From NCBI GenBank assembly GCA_001724265.1, contig MEDY01000285.1, positions 45,809 to 65,808 on the forward strand: a stretch of 20,000 nt of DNA, written 5' to 3'. The notes under the pieces were generated by a model. It had not been told where the DNA came from. It was given only the letters and a program-made list of their open reading frames with translations, and searched no databases. Shown piece by piece: positions 9,232 through 17,939 of this stretch. Numbering within the stretch: position 1 is the first letter of the stretch; the number at the start of each line of letters is the position of its first letter. Position numbers and translations under genes: made by a program. This DNA comes from Rhizaria sp. SCN 62-66. Its lineage: Eukaryota.

Positions 9232-11973
9232 TTACATGGGGAGGAGCTCGTCGCCAAGATCGCCGTCTCCCCAGTCGTCAGCAGTGTTGGGCGCGCCGGG
9301 CATGTTGACCGGTGCACCGCGGTGCGCAGGAGCAACCATATCCGCGTTATCAGTAAGACCAAAACCCTGCTGTTGATGCTGCTGTTGCTGCTGTTGCTGC
9401 ATGGCAACCTGCTGCTGGTAGGCCTGGTGCTGCTGGTATGCGAGCTCCTCGTCGTCCTGCTGCTGCATCTGCTGCTGCTCGTATTGCGCCTGCGCGCGCG
9501 CTTCCTCCATCTGCATCTGTTGTTGCTGCTGCTGCTCGTACTGCTGCTGTTGCTGGAGCTGCTGCGCCTGTGACTGGTGGTCACCGTACCCGCCCGCGCC
9601 GCCAGCCATGTTGGCCGCGTGCGCGCGCTCGGCCTGCGCGAGCAGCTCGGCGAAATGCGCCGCCTGCGGGTCGCCCAGCTCGCGCGTCAGCATCGCGAGA
9701 TACTTAAGGCACTCGACTGAGTCGGGGTCCTGCGCGTGGATCGCCTTGTAGAGCCCCAGCGCGGCCGCCGTGTCGCCCATGCGGCGGTAACACGCGGCGA
9801 CCATGAGACGCCACTTGCCCTCGTGCGGCTCGATCAGCGCGGCGCGGTGAAAGAACTTGATCGCCTCTTCGTGGTTGCCTTGCTTGACGTACCACACACC
9901 GAGCCAGGAGATGACTTCGAGCGCGACGGGGTACACGTGGTGCGCGTCGAGGAAGAACTGCGCCGCCGCGGCCTCGGACTCGTACCGGCACGCGATAGAG
10001 CCGATGCGGGCGAGCACCTTGGCGTCGTTGGGGACGACACCGTGGAGGATCTTGAACCACTCGGCCGCCTCACCGCCTTCGCGCATCACGTCGTACAGGT
10101 TGCCGATGTGGTAAATCACCTGCGGGTCCTTGGGCACAAGGCGGTGCAGCTTCTTGAACGCCTGCAGCGCGTCAGGGAGCTGGCCCAGCCGCTTATTGCA
10201 AAGACCGAGGTTGTAGATAGCCTCGACACAGTCGGCTTCGACACCAATGGCCTCGAGGTAGAGCTCGCGCGCGGCATCCAGCTCGTCCTTGACGAAGTGG
10301 ATGTTGGCCTTGTTCACCAGCGCGCGCGCGTTGTAGCGGTCCGCACGCACGGCCACGTCCGCCTTGGCCTCGGCGTTGGCGAAGTCGCCCTCGAGGAAGT
10401 ACAGGAAGGACAGATTGGTCGCGGCCTGGTCAACAAGGCCCTGATCACGCGCCTCGAACGATTGGAACACCTCGTACGCCTGCGCAATCTGTTTGTTCTT
10501 GAGGTACGCAATACCCTTGGCAATCTCCAGCTCCATCGCGATGTGCGGAAAGCCGCCGTGGATGTCCTTGGCACCGACCCGCGCGCCCTCACCGGCAGCA
10601 GCATCGTCGTCCTCGTGCGCCAGCGACGGGTTCTTGAGCTCCTCCATCACCCAGTCGTAGCCTTCGCTGAGGACGGGTGAGATGGCCGGCGCAAGCAGGC
10701 GCGCCGCCGTCTGCACGTACGAGTGGAAGCGCTTCTGACGCACGCGCATCTCCTTGACCAAGTCATCAGCGCCGGACTTGTCCGAGCCAGAGCCCGTGCC
10801 GGCGGAGGATAGCCCCATGGCGGAGAACGCGCCCCCCACGGTCGAGCCAAAAGGGTTGCTTGCGCCTGGCGCGGCAAAGACGGCGTCCTCATCGCCCGCG
10901 GTCTCGAACTCGTCCTTGACGGAGAGGAGGAGAGAAAACGCGCGCTGCATCTTGCCGACGTCGCCGGTGGCGTAGTGAGCGATGAAGAGGTTAAACACTG
11001 TCTGCGCGTCGGTGAGGCGCGCGGAGCCGATGGGGCCGCCCGCGGCGGTGCCGTCAAGCTCCAGCACGGCCTCGAAGGCCTGGATGGCCTCGTGGAAAGA
11101 CCCGGTGCGGAGGTGCGCGACGCCGATGTTGCGCATGATGCGCATGCGGAGTGCGCGGTGCGAGCCTGCGTCGAGCTGATCCACGGCCATGCGGTACATC
11201 TTAATCGCGGCGACGTACTTCTTAAGCTGGAAGTAGATGTTGCCGATGTTGACCTTGACACGGCCTGCAAGCGGGTGCTCACGGTCCTTGGCGATCGCAG
11301 TGTAGGCGCCAATCGCCTCGTTAGCCATGCCGGCGGACTGGTAAGCGTGCGCCAGAGCAAACGCGGCCGCGAACGTGAGATCCATGTTGTTCTGCTCGGC
11401 CGTATTAGTGGCCTTGCGGTGCTTAACGAGTGCGTGCTCACGCTTCACGGCCTCCTTGGCCATCTCCAGCGCCGGCAGCTTCTGCCCGGCCGCCGTCAGC
11501 GAGGCAGTCTCCTCCAGCGCACGGTGAACCGCCTTCTCGAGCTCGCGCGCCTGCTGCTCCGGCCCGTCAGTGCTCGTCTTGGCCAGCGCGGGCGCGGGGC
11601 CCTGCGTGGCCTGACCCAGGGGGTCGAACCGCTGCGTGCCGAGCATGGGCGCAGCGGTCGTTAACCCAGCGCCAGCAGGCTTGCCAGATGAGTATCCGGC
11701 GCCGCGGACGGAAGACAGCGCGCGGTGGACGTTGCCGCCCGCGCCAGTGTCGCCACCGGAGCCGGCGGCGCTGCCGGGGGCGCGCATCTGAGACGGCAGC
11801 GCGCCCGCGCCCGCGCCCGCGGCGCCGGGAGGACGGCGGGTGCCGAGCGGGCCTGTGGGGTTGGAGCGCGCGACGGAGGCGAGGATGCGCGAGGGCGCGG
11901 ACGCGAGCTCGTCGTAGCCCTCGTAGATGTCGTCGTCTTTCTTCGCCGCGACGGGCTTGCGGAGGGCGGACAT
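9232..11973 (-). CDS. IFT88: Intraflagellar transport protein 88 (IFT-B TPR subunit), 913 aa, single exon
   Basis: Motifs RVKVNIGNIYF..K.Y..AIKMYRMA.DQ, AATNLSFLYFLEGD, DRYNARALVNKAN, EAIGVEADCVEAIYNLGL, VISWLGVWYVK, KWRLMVA.CYRR.G and a C-terminal DDWGDGDLGDELLPM are all characteristic of IFT88. Confidence 0.96.
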   Translation of the reverse strand: MSALRKPVAAKKDDDIYEGYDELASAPSRILASVARSNPTGPLGTRRPPGAAGAGAGALPSQMRAPGSAAGSGGDTGAGGNVHRALSSVRGAGYSSGKPAGAGLTTAAPMLGTQRFDPLGQATQGPAPALAKTSTDGPEQQARELEKAVHRALEETASLTAAGQKLPALEMAKEAVKREHALVKHRKATNTAEQNNMDLTFAAAFALAHAYQSAGMANEAIGAYTAIAKDREHPLAGRVKVNIGNIYFQLKKYVAAIKMYRMAVDQLDAGSHRALRMRIMRNIGVAHLRTGSFHEAIQAFEAVLELDGTAAGGPIGSARLTDAQTVFNLFIAHYATGDVGKMQRAFSLLLSVKDEFETAGDEDAVFAAPGASNPFGSTVGGAFSAMGLSSAGTGSGSDKSGADDLVKEMRVRQKRFHSYVQTAARLLAPAISPVLSEGYDWVMEELKNPSLAHEDDDAAAGEGARVGAKDIHGGFPHIAMELEIAKGIAYLKNKQIAQAYEVFQSFEARDQGLVDQAATNLSFLYFLEGDFANAEAKADVAVRADRYNARALVNKANIHFVKDELDAARELYLEAIGVEADCVEAIYNLGLCNKRLGQLPDALQAFKKLHRLVPKDPQVIYHIGNLYDVMREGGEAAEWFKILHGVVPNDAKVLARIGSIACRYESEAAAAQFFLDAHHVYPVALEVISWLGVWYVKQGNHEEAIKFFHRAALIEPHEGKWRLMVAACYRRMGDTAAALGLYKAIHAQDPDSVECLKYLAMLTRELGDPQAAHFAELLAQAERAHAANMAGGAGGYGDHQSQAQQLQQQQQYEQQQQQQMQMEEARAQAQYEQQQMQQQDDEELAYQQHQAYQQQVAMQQQQQQQHQQQGFGLTDNADMVAPAHRGAPVNMPGAPNTADDWGDGDLGDELLPM
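9367..9578 (-). repeat. Coding CAG/CAA-rich poly-Gln region in IFT88 C-terminal tail
   Basis: Several (CTG/TTG)n runs on + strand encode QQLQQQQQYEQQQQQQMQM...QYEQQQMQQQ...MQQQQQQQHQQQ. Confidence 0.9.
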
Positions 11974-12652
11974 CAGGAGGCTTTGAAACTGGCGGCCGTC
12001 AAGCGCTGTCGAAGCGTTAGTTTCTCAGGTGAGTCGAAGTTGTGTAGTTCTGTCTCGAAGCCCAGGTGGCGTGAGTTGCAAGGGTTTAAGGAAAAAACTC
12101 TGCATTAAGTAGCAGTAAATCGCAAGTCAAATAAGATCAGTGAGTGTCATAAGTCGTTGCAATTAGGTTAAAGAAGCAAGAAAGAAAGTATCAACGAGGC
12201 AGGCAGCTAACCGTTGCTGGCTCGAACAGACCACTTTAGATACAAATTCACGCTGATGACATCGTGCTGATAAGCTAAAAATGATAACAAGAATACCTTA
12301 AATACGCTTAATAGCTATCATTAAATTGCTTTTCAAAAGAGACGCTCTATACCGAGTAATTGATCTCGCCGCTCGGGATTGAGTTTAAACGTTGACGCCC
12401 ACCCGTTTTCGGTGACCGTGAGCCAGCCACACAAAAATCTTGCTCTTTTGATCAGCATGCGACTTAAACCAGAAGGCATGGAGAGTAAATAACAGTAAAT
12501 AAATATGTATAATGGATTGACTCAAATAATCCGAGTTGTTAATAAGCTAAGGTGCACGCGTATCTCGCGCAAAGCCTGGCCCTCATGCATTGTCCTGCTG
12601 GTCACTTTCACTCCGATCTCAAGACGTTTCTCCGTCACTGGAAGCTCTGCAC

Positions 12653-14517
12653 TCAGGGCCGCGCCTCGTCATAGCGCGTCTCCTCCACCAGCTCCTCCAT
12701 CAGTTGCAGCAGCGACCCGGCCTCCTCTGCCGTGAACATGCGGTCCATGCCGCAGCGCCACCGCACGAGCCCGCGCTCGTCAAGCAGGAAGAAGTAGGAC
12801 GCACCTGCGTTGCGGCAGTCGAGCACAGTGCGCGCGCGCCCCAGCGGCTCCTCGGGCGTCGCCTCGAAGAACGGCAGCGTCCACTCGTGCAGGTGAGGCG
12901 GCACCTGACGCTCGAGGTTGCTGCGGATCGACCCCGACAGCAGAGACTTGACCAGGTGACCGTACGCGAGGCTCAAGTTGAGCGCGGTCACAGACACGGG
13001 GCGCGGTCCAGCGCCAGCGCCAGTGCCGGCGGGGGAGCCCTTCTTGCCAGAGCCGCGCGCGCGGTCCTTGCCCTGCGCACCCGCAGCCACAGCCGGAGCC
13101 ACGGCCACAGCAGCAGCAGCGTCAGCCTCGGTATTGTTCGCAGTAGCAGAAGCACTGTTAGCGCTGTTACTGTTGTTTCCGGGCGCGAGGGCAAGGAAGT
13201 GCTGCGCGACAATGCGCTGCATGCCAATCGTGGGGCCAAACCCCTTCTCCGAGGCCGAAAGCGCGATGAACGTCACGCGCCCAGGCACCTGCACGAGCTC
13301 GCGCAGAGTCACCTGTGCGCCTGAGAGCGCGCGCGCGTGCAAGTCCATGGCGCCCACCAGCGCCACGTCGGCCGCGGACACGCCGCCGGGCAACGCGGCG
13401 GCGGCGACGCCAGCGTTCTCGCCCGCCGCCGCGGCGGAGGCGGAGGCAGAGGGGGCGGCGGCAGCGCCACCGGCGGCCGCGGCGATGGCGGCCGCGGTGG
13501 CGGGGCGGGCCTGCATGCTCACAGTCGCACGCTTCAGCCCGCCCTCGGTCCCCGCCGCGCCCGCAGACGCCGCAGTGCCCTCAGTGGATGAGGACGCAGA
13601 TGCTGCGCCGGAGCTGTTGTCGCCGCCACCGCTGCTAGAGAGCATTTTGCGCGCGAACGTGCCCTCCATGTCTGTGCGGAGAGTCTGGAACTCTGCAGCC
13701 CACAGGGGCACGAACAGGGGGGCGCCGTGCGCGCGCGCGAGACGCGTCGGCGGGGGCGGGAAGACGATGCTTGCGTTCACAGCGGCCTGGCTCAAAGACA
13801 GGTCCATCGCGCGCTCGGCGGAGCGGGAACTAAGAGGGAAAAAAAGTAAGCAAACGAGATGAGTGTCAGCAATGGCAACACATCACATAGTACGGGAAAA
13901 TAAATATTAGGCGTGAAGTTGATGCATTGTTAAACGTACGCGCTGGCGTTGACAAACTCGCGGCGGGCGCGCCAGGCATCCTTAACCTTGGAGAAAAGCC
14001 CAGCTTTAGGCTCGTTTGCTTTGGCCTCGGCCTGAGCCTTGGCAACCTCCGGATCTGCAGCAGCGGCGGCAGCAGCGGCCTCGGCTGCCTCAGCTGCGGC
14101 GGCGTCGGCAGCTTCCCGTTCCTTGGCCTTCTCAACAGCAGTGCGCGCCTTGTCGATGACGGGTTTGAGCTTGCGCTGCATCTCGGCCTTCTTAGCGCGG
14201 GCGACGGCGCGTTCGGCAGCGACCTGTGCGTCAGTCTTGAGGTCAGCGAGTGAGTGCACTTCACCGGGCTGCGGCAGGGACTGCAGGTTCGGGTTTGCGC
14301 CCGGCTTGCCCGTGGCGGGCTTGTCCGCGGGGGGCGCCGCAGCGGGGTCAGGCTTGGAGAATAAAAACGGCCGACGGGGGGTCGCGGTGACAGTGACAAG
14401 GGCGCTGCCGCTGGCACTGACGCTGGGAAAGACAGGGGCCGCGGAGAACAAGCACGAGGGCGGGACCGCGCTGCGCATGGTCCGCGCCAGCGACGCAACA
14501 GAACGGAAGCGCTGCAT
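12653..14517 (-). CDS. ATP10: Mitochondrial ATP synthase assembly factor ATP10-like, 584 aa; exons 14517-13940 and 13829-12653
   Basis: N-terminus MQRFRSVASLARTMRSAV looks like a mitochondrial presequence. ATP10-like blocks are FPPPPTRLARAHGAPLF, GRVTFIALS, KSLLSGSIRSNLERQVPP and LDCRNAGASYFFLLDERGLVRW...TAEEAGSL. A phase-2 intron joins ORFs 13930-14547 and 12653-13807 in frame (...VNASA-SRSAERAMDLS...). Confidence 0.82.
13830..13939 (-). other. ATP10-like intron (110 nt)
   Basis: On the minus strand: GTACGT donor, GCTGAC branch site, TTTTTTTCCCTCTTAG acceptor. It is an AT-rich island between GC-rich exons and preserves the frame. Confidence 0.9.
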
Positions 14518-15114
14518 CGTTCGGGGCAGAGTGGCACAGAGGAACACTCACTGGGGCGCGGAGCGCAAAGGCTGGGAGGAAAGGCGACGCGACGGGAGTC
14601 CGAGTGGAGAGTTTGAGTCTAACGGAAAACTCGTTCCTGGTCTGAAATCAAGCCTATGTCAAAAGAATTTTTGCAACAAGGAAGAAAAATGAACGCGGTC
14701 TTCATAAAACACTATTAATATGTAAGTGTACGAGTGCTAATGCTGGTTTAGGACCTGTTTTTGTCAGTCTCATTGTCCCGCAACCTCATTTTTTCAGAAC
14801 CGCGGCCGACTCCACCAACTGCAGTCAACGTTGACGACCATCGTCATCCAGCAGAGCCTCGGCTGATCCGTCTTTCGAAAGTTTACAAACGTTTTTGTAG
14901 CTCACTTTGTTAATTCTCTATTTCTTGAAAGGATCTCATCTCCAATCCTTTGTCTTGCCCTTCAACGCACTCGCGCTTTCCAGCAGTCTTCGAACCTCTC
15001 TTGCGTCTTCTTCATAAGAGTCAAGCAGAACCCACACGCCGCTGATCTTGACTTTGAGTCTAACTCTAATCCAGCCATAGACGCAAACCCAACGCGTATT
15101 TGCGACAGTTCCCC
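14518..15114. promoter_or_regulatory. Divergent intergenic region between ATP10-like and DDX41 (probable bidirectional promoter plus 5' UTRs)
   Basis: Head-to-head start codons about 600 nt apart, with an AT-rich core near 14660-14730 and a perfect palindrome GTCAACGTTGAC at 14824-14835. Confidence 0.5.
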
Positions 15115-17268
15115 ATGGATCCCTCGTCGAGCTCAACAAGCGGGCGCGGCCTGAAGCGCCCCGCGTCTCCCGGCGGCGCTCCAACGGACAACAACACCAG
15201 CGACGGCGGCCTGGCTTTCGTGCCGCTGCACGTGCGCCGCGAACGCGAGCGCGAGCGCCTGGAGGAAGTGTCGCGCCAGACGGCCGCCGCGCACGTCCGC
15301 CGCCTCCGCGCCGCGGAAGACAACGCCCGCGCCGCCGCGATTGCAGCCGCCGCTGCGAACGGTGGAGCAAATGGAGCTGCGCCACCGGCGAACCCTGACT
15401 CGCAGAAGACGCTGATGCAGATCCAGCAAGAGCTGCTGCTGGAGCGCGGCGGCGTGCATATTACTGACGAAGAGCGGTTGCGCGCGGAAGAGCAGAAGCT
15501 GCTAGAGAACCTCTCGATGGAGCGCGCGCCGCTGCTGGGCCGCAAACAAGTCGCGGGCACTGGCGAGGTGTTCACTCAAGCGCTTGAGACCGGGTGGCGG
15601 CCGCCGCGGCACGTCCGCACGCTGCCGCAGTCCGCACACACGGCCACGCGCGCCAAGTTTGGGATCACGCTTGAGGGCGGGGCCGCCGAGGACGCGTCCG
15701 TGCCGCCGCCCATCACCAAGTTCGCGCACATGCGCCTGCCTCCCGCGATCTTGGCCGCGCTCAACGCCAAGGGGATCCACACGCCGTCGCCGATCCAGAT
15801 GCAAGGGCTGCCCGTGGTGCTCTCTGGCCGCGACATGATCGGCATCGCGCTCACAGGCTCCGGTAAGACCCTTGTGTTCACACTCCCTATGGTAGTCTTC
15901 GCGCTCCAAGCAGAGGCCGTTCAGCCGCTCGCGCGCGGCGAGGGCCCCGTCGGGCTGGTCATCGTCCCCAGTCGCGAGCTCGCGGTGCAGCACGCGGCCC
16001 TCGCGCGGCATTTCGCGGCGTATGTCAACGCTGCGACGGGTGCGTGTCCGCCGCCTGAGGGCGCTATCGAGGCCGGACTGGTACCGCCCGCGCCACTCGA
16101 TCTCAACAGCATCGACCACGGCGGCGCAAGCGCACCGGGCGGTTTCCATAGCAACAACAACAACAACAATCAGCAGTCGCGGTCGCAACAGCAGTACGCG
16201 GCCCAGAGTGCGCAGGCGCGTGCTCAGGGCCAGACCGCGGGCTCCGGCGCACTGCGTTTCCCTCAAGTCGGCAAGATCTCCGTCATCACGGCCATCGGCG
16301 GCGTGAACATGGCCGAAGAGTACGCCGGCGTCGCGCCCGGCTGCGGCGTCCACATCGTTGTCGCCACGCCCGGTCGGCTTGTCGGTATGCTAGAGCAGAA
16401 GAAGCTCAGCATGGCCCGCTGCGTGTACCTCGCGATGGACGAGGCTGACCGACTCGTGGACATGGGGTTTGAGGAGTCGATGCGCGCCGTGTTCGACGCG
16501 TTCCCGCACCAGCGGCAGACGGTGCTCTTCTCGGCGACAATGCCGAAGAAGATCCAGGAGTTCGCGCTCACTGCCCTCGTGGAGCCCGTGGTCGTCAACG
16601 TGGGCCGCGCCGGCCGCGCCAACATGGACGTGATCCAGGAGGTTGAGTATGTCAAGCAAGAGGCCAAGTCGCTGTATTTGCTTGAATGCTTGCAGAAGAC
16701 GCCGCCGCCGGTGATTGTGTTTGCGGAGAAGCAGAGCACGGTGGACCATATCCACGAGTACTTGCTACTCAAGGGTGTCGACGCCGCGGCAGTGCACGGT
16801 GGCCGCGGGCAGGAAGAGCGTACGCGCGCGATTAAGGAGTTCGAGACAGGCGTCAAGGACGTTCTGGTGGCCACGGACGTCGCCGCGAAGGGTCTCGATT
16901 TCCCGGCCATTCAGCACGTGATCAACTACGATATGCCGAAAGAAATCGAAAATTACATTCACCGGATCGGTCGTACGGGCCGTTCCGGCAAGACCGGTGT
17001 CGCGACGTCGTTCGTGAACCGCGACTGTGAGGAGCTGTTCCTGCTCGATCTCAAGCACTTGCTGAAGGAGGCGCGGCAGAAGATTCCGCCCGTGCTGAGC
17101 GCACTGGAGGATCCCAGTGAGTTTGTGGGCGCGGATGGTGATGAGACGCGTGTGTGCGAGTACTGTGATGGCCGTGGACACCGTGTGATTGAGTGCCCGA
17201 AGCTGCAGAAGAAGAATAAGGCGATGAAGAACACGTACGGATACGATATGGTCGAGGACCAGTCATAA
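15115..17268 (+). CDS. DDX41: DEAD-box RNA helicase DDX41/abstrakt (spliceosomal), ~717 aa, single exon
   Basis: TGWRPPRHVR; Q motif PSPIQMQGLP; GRDMIGIALTGSGKT; PSRELA; ATPGRL; DEADR; SAT; VEYVKQEAK.LYLLECLQKTPPP; IHEYLLLKGV; HRIGRTGRSG; LLDLKHLL.EA.Q..PP; C-terminal zinc knuckle CEYCDGRGHRVIECPKL. I prefer ATG 15115 over TTG 15100 as start. Confidence 0.96.
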   Translation: MDPSSSSTSGRGLKRPASPGGAPTDNNTSDGGLAFVPLHVRRERERERLEEVSRQTAAAHVRRLRAAEDNARAAAIAAAAANGGANGAAPPANPDSQKTLMQIQQELLLERGGVHITDEERLRAEEQKLLENLSMERAPLLGRKQVAGTGEVFTQALETGWRPPRHVRTLPQSAHTATRAKFGITLEGGAAEDASVPPPITKFAHMRLPPAILAALNAKGIHTPSPIQMQGLPVVLSGRDMIGIALTGSGKTLVFTLPMVVFALQAEAVQPLARGEGPVGLVIVPSRELAVQHAALARHFAAYVNAATGACPPPEGAIEAGLVPPAPLDLNSIDHGGASAPGGFHSNNNNNNQQSRSQQQYAAQSAQARAQGQTAGSGALRFPQVGKISVITAIGGVNMAEEYAGVAPGCGVHIVVATPGRLVGMLEQKKLSMARCVYLAMDEADRLVDMGFEESMRAVFDAFPHQRQTVLFSATMPKKIQEFALTALVEPVVVNVGRAGRANMDVIQEVEYVKQEAKSLYLLECLQKTPPPVIVFAEKQSTVDHIHEYLLLKGVDAAAVHGGRGQEERTRAIKEFETGVKDVLVATDVAAKGLDFPAIQHVINYDMPKEIENYIHRIGRTGRSGKTGVATSFVNRDCEELFLLDLKHLLKEARQKIPPVLSALEDPSEFVGADGDETRVCEYCDGRGHRVIECPKLQKKNKAMKNTYGYDMVEDQS

Positions 17269-17829
17269 GTTCATGTCCCTGGATCATGTTGTTGCGCGTA
17301 TAGAACATCGAACTATCTGTGGGTGTGTTTTCATTAAGTTAATATGTTTTATTGTCTGCGATTAATGACGAACGAATTGATATCGGGTTACTTTAGTCAC
17401 TATTTTTGGTCTGTTTTTGCTATCAGTTCCTGTCATGTCTGCGCATGGAGTCGTTGCTCAATACATACGAAATATGTTCATGTTTCATACTAAAAGCTAC
17501 AAGTCGTTCGATTAGATCTCTGAATGTGATGCTGTGAGTGGTGAGAGGGGCTGGGTCTAACATGTGCGTTATGTTATGTGTACGCAGCTTAAGGTTTTAA
17601 GCTTTTGCGCTGAATAAGGAAGTTTTTGTGATGATATTATTGCTTTTGATCTGCTGGTATTCATGTCTAACAGTCTATTGTTTTTATTGATGACCGACCC
17701 CTTTTCCGTAGTAGTAAAATGTACTTGTGGTTGAGTACTCGTCATTTCTGACGATCGAAAAACGGAGCGGTCAAAATTGGAAGCAGAAAAATATAAAAGC
17801 TATAAACGTATTAAATTCAAAAATAACAT

Positions 17830-17849
17830 TTTATTCAAATACATTTATT
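17830..17849 (-). promoter_or_regulatory. Tandem AATAAA hexamers, candidate polyadenylation signal of the 17940-20000 gene
   Basis: TTTATT on + at 17830-17835 and 17844-17849, within an imperfect direct repeat ACAT(T)TTATTCAA about 90-110 nt past the stop. Confidence 0.4.
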
Positions 17850-17939
17850 CAATTAAATCAACATATCAGGTTTCTTTTTGAAATAGTCAATATATAACGC
17901 GTCAAAGTACGCTTTTTAGTTTTCGCGCCATCACCGTGC

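Noticed and set aside
734-12735. Short intergenic ORFs (734-967, 1672-2055, 4106-4306, 4143-4388, 8692-8877, 8962-9150, 12505-12735)
   Set aside because: They are AT-rich, lack this genome's codon bias and show no motifs.
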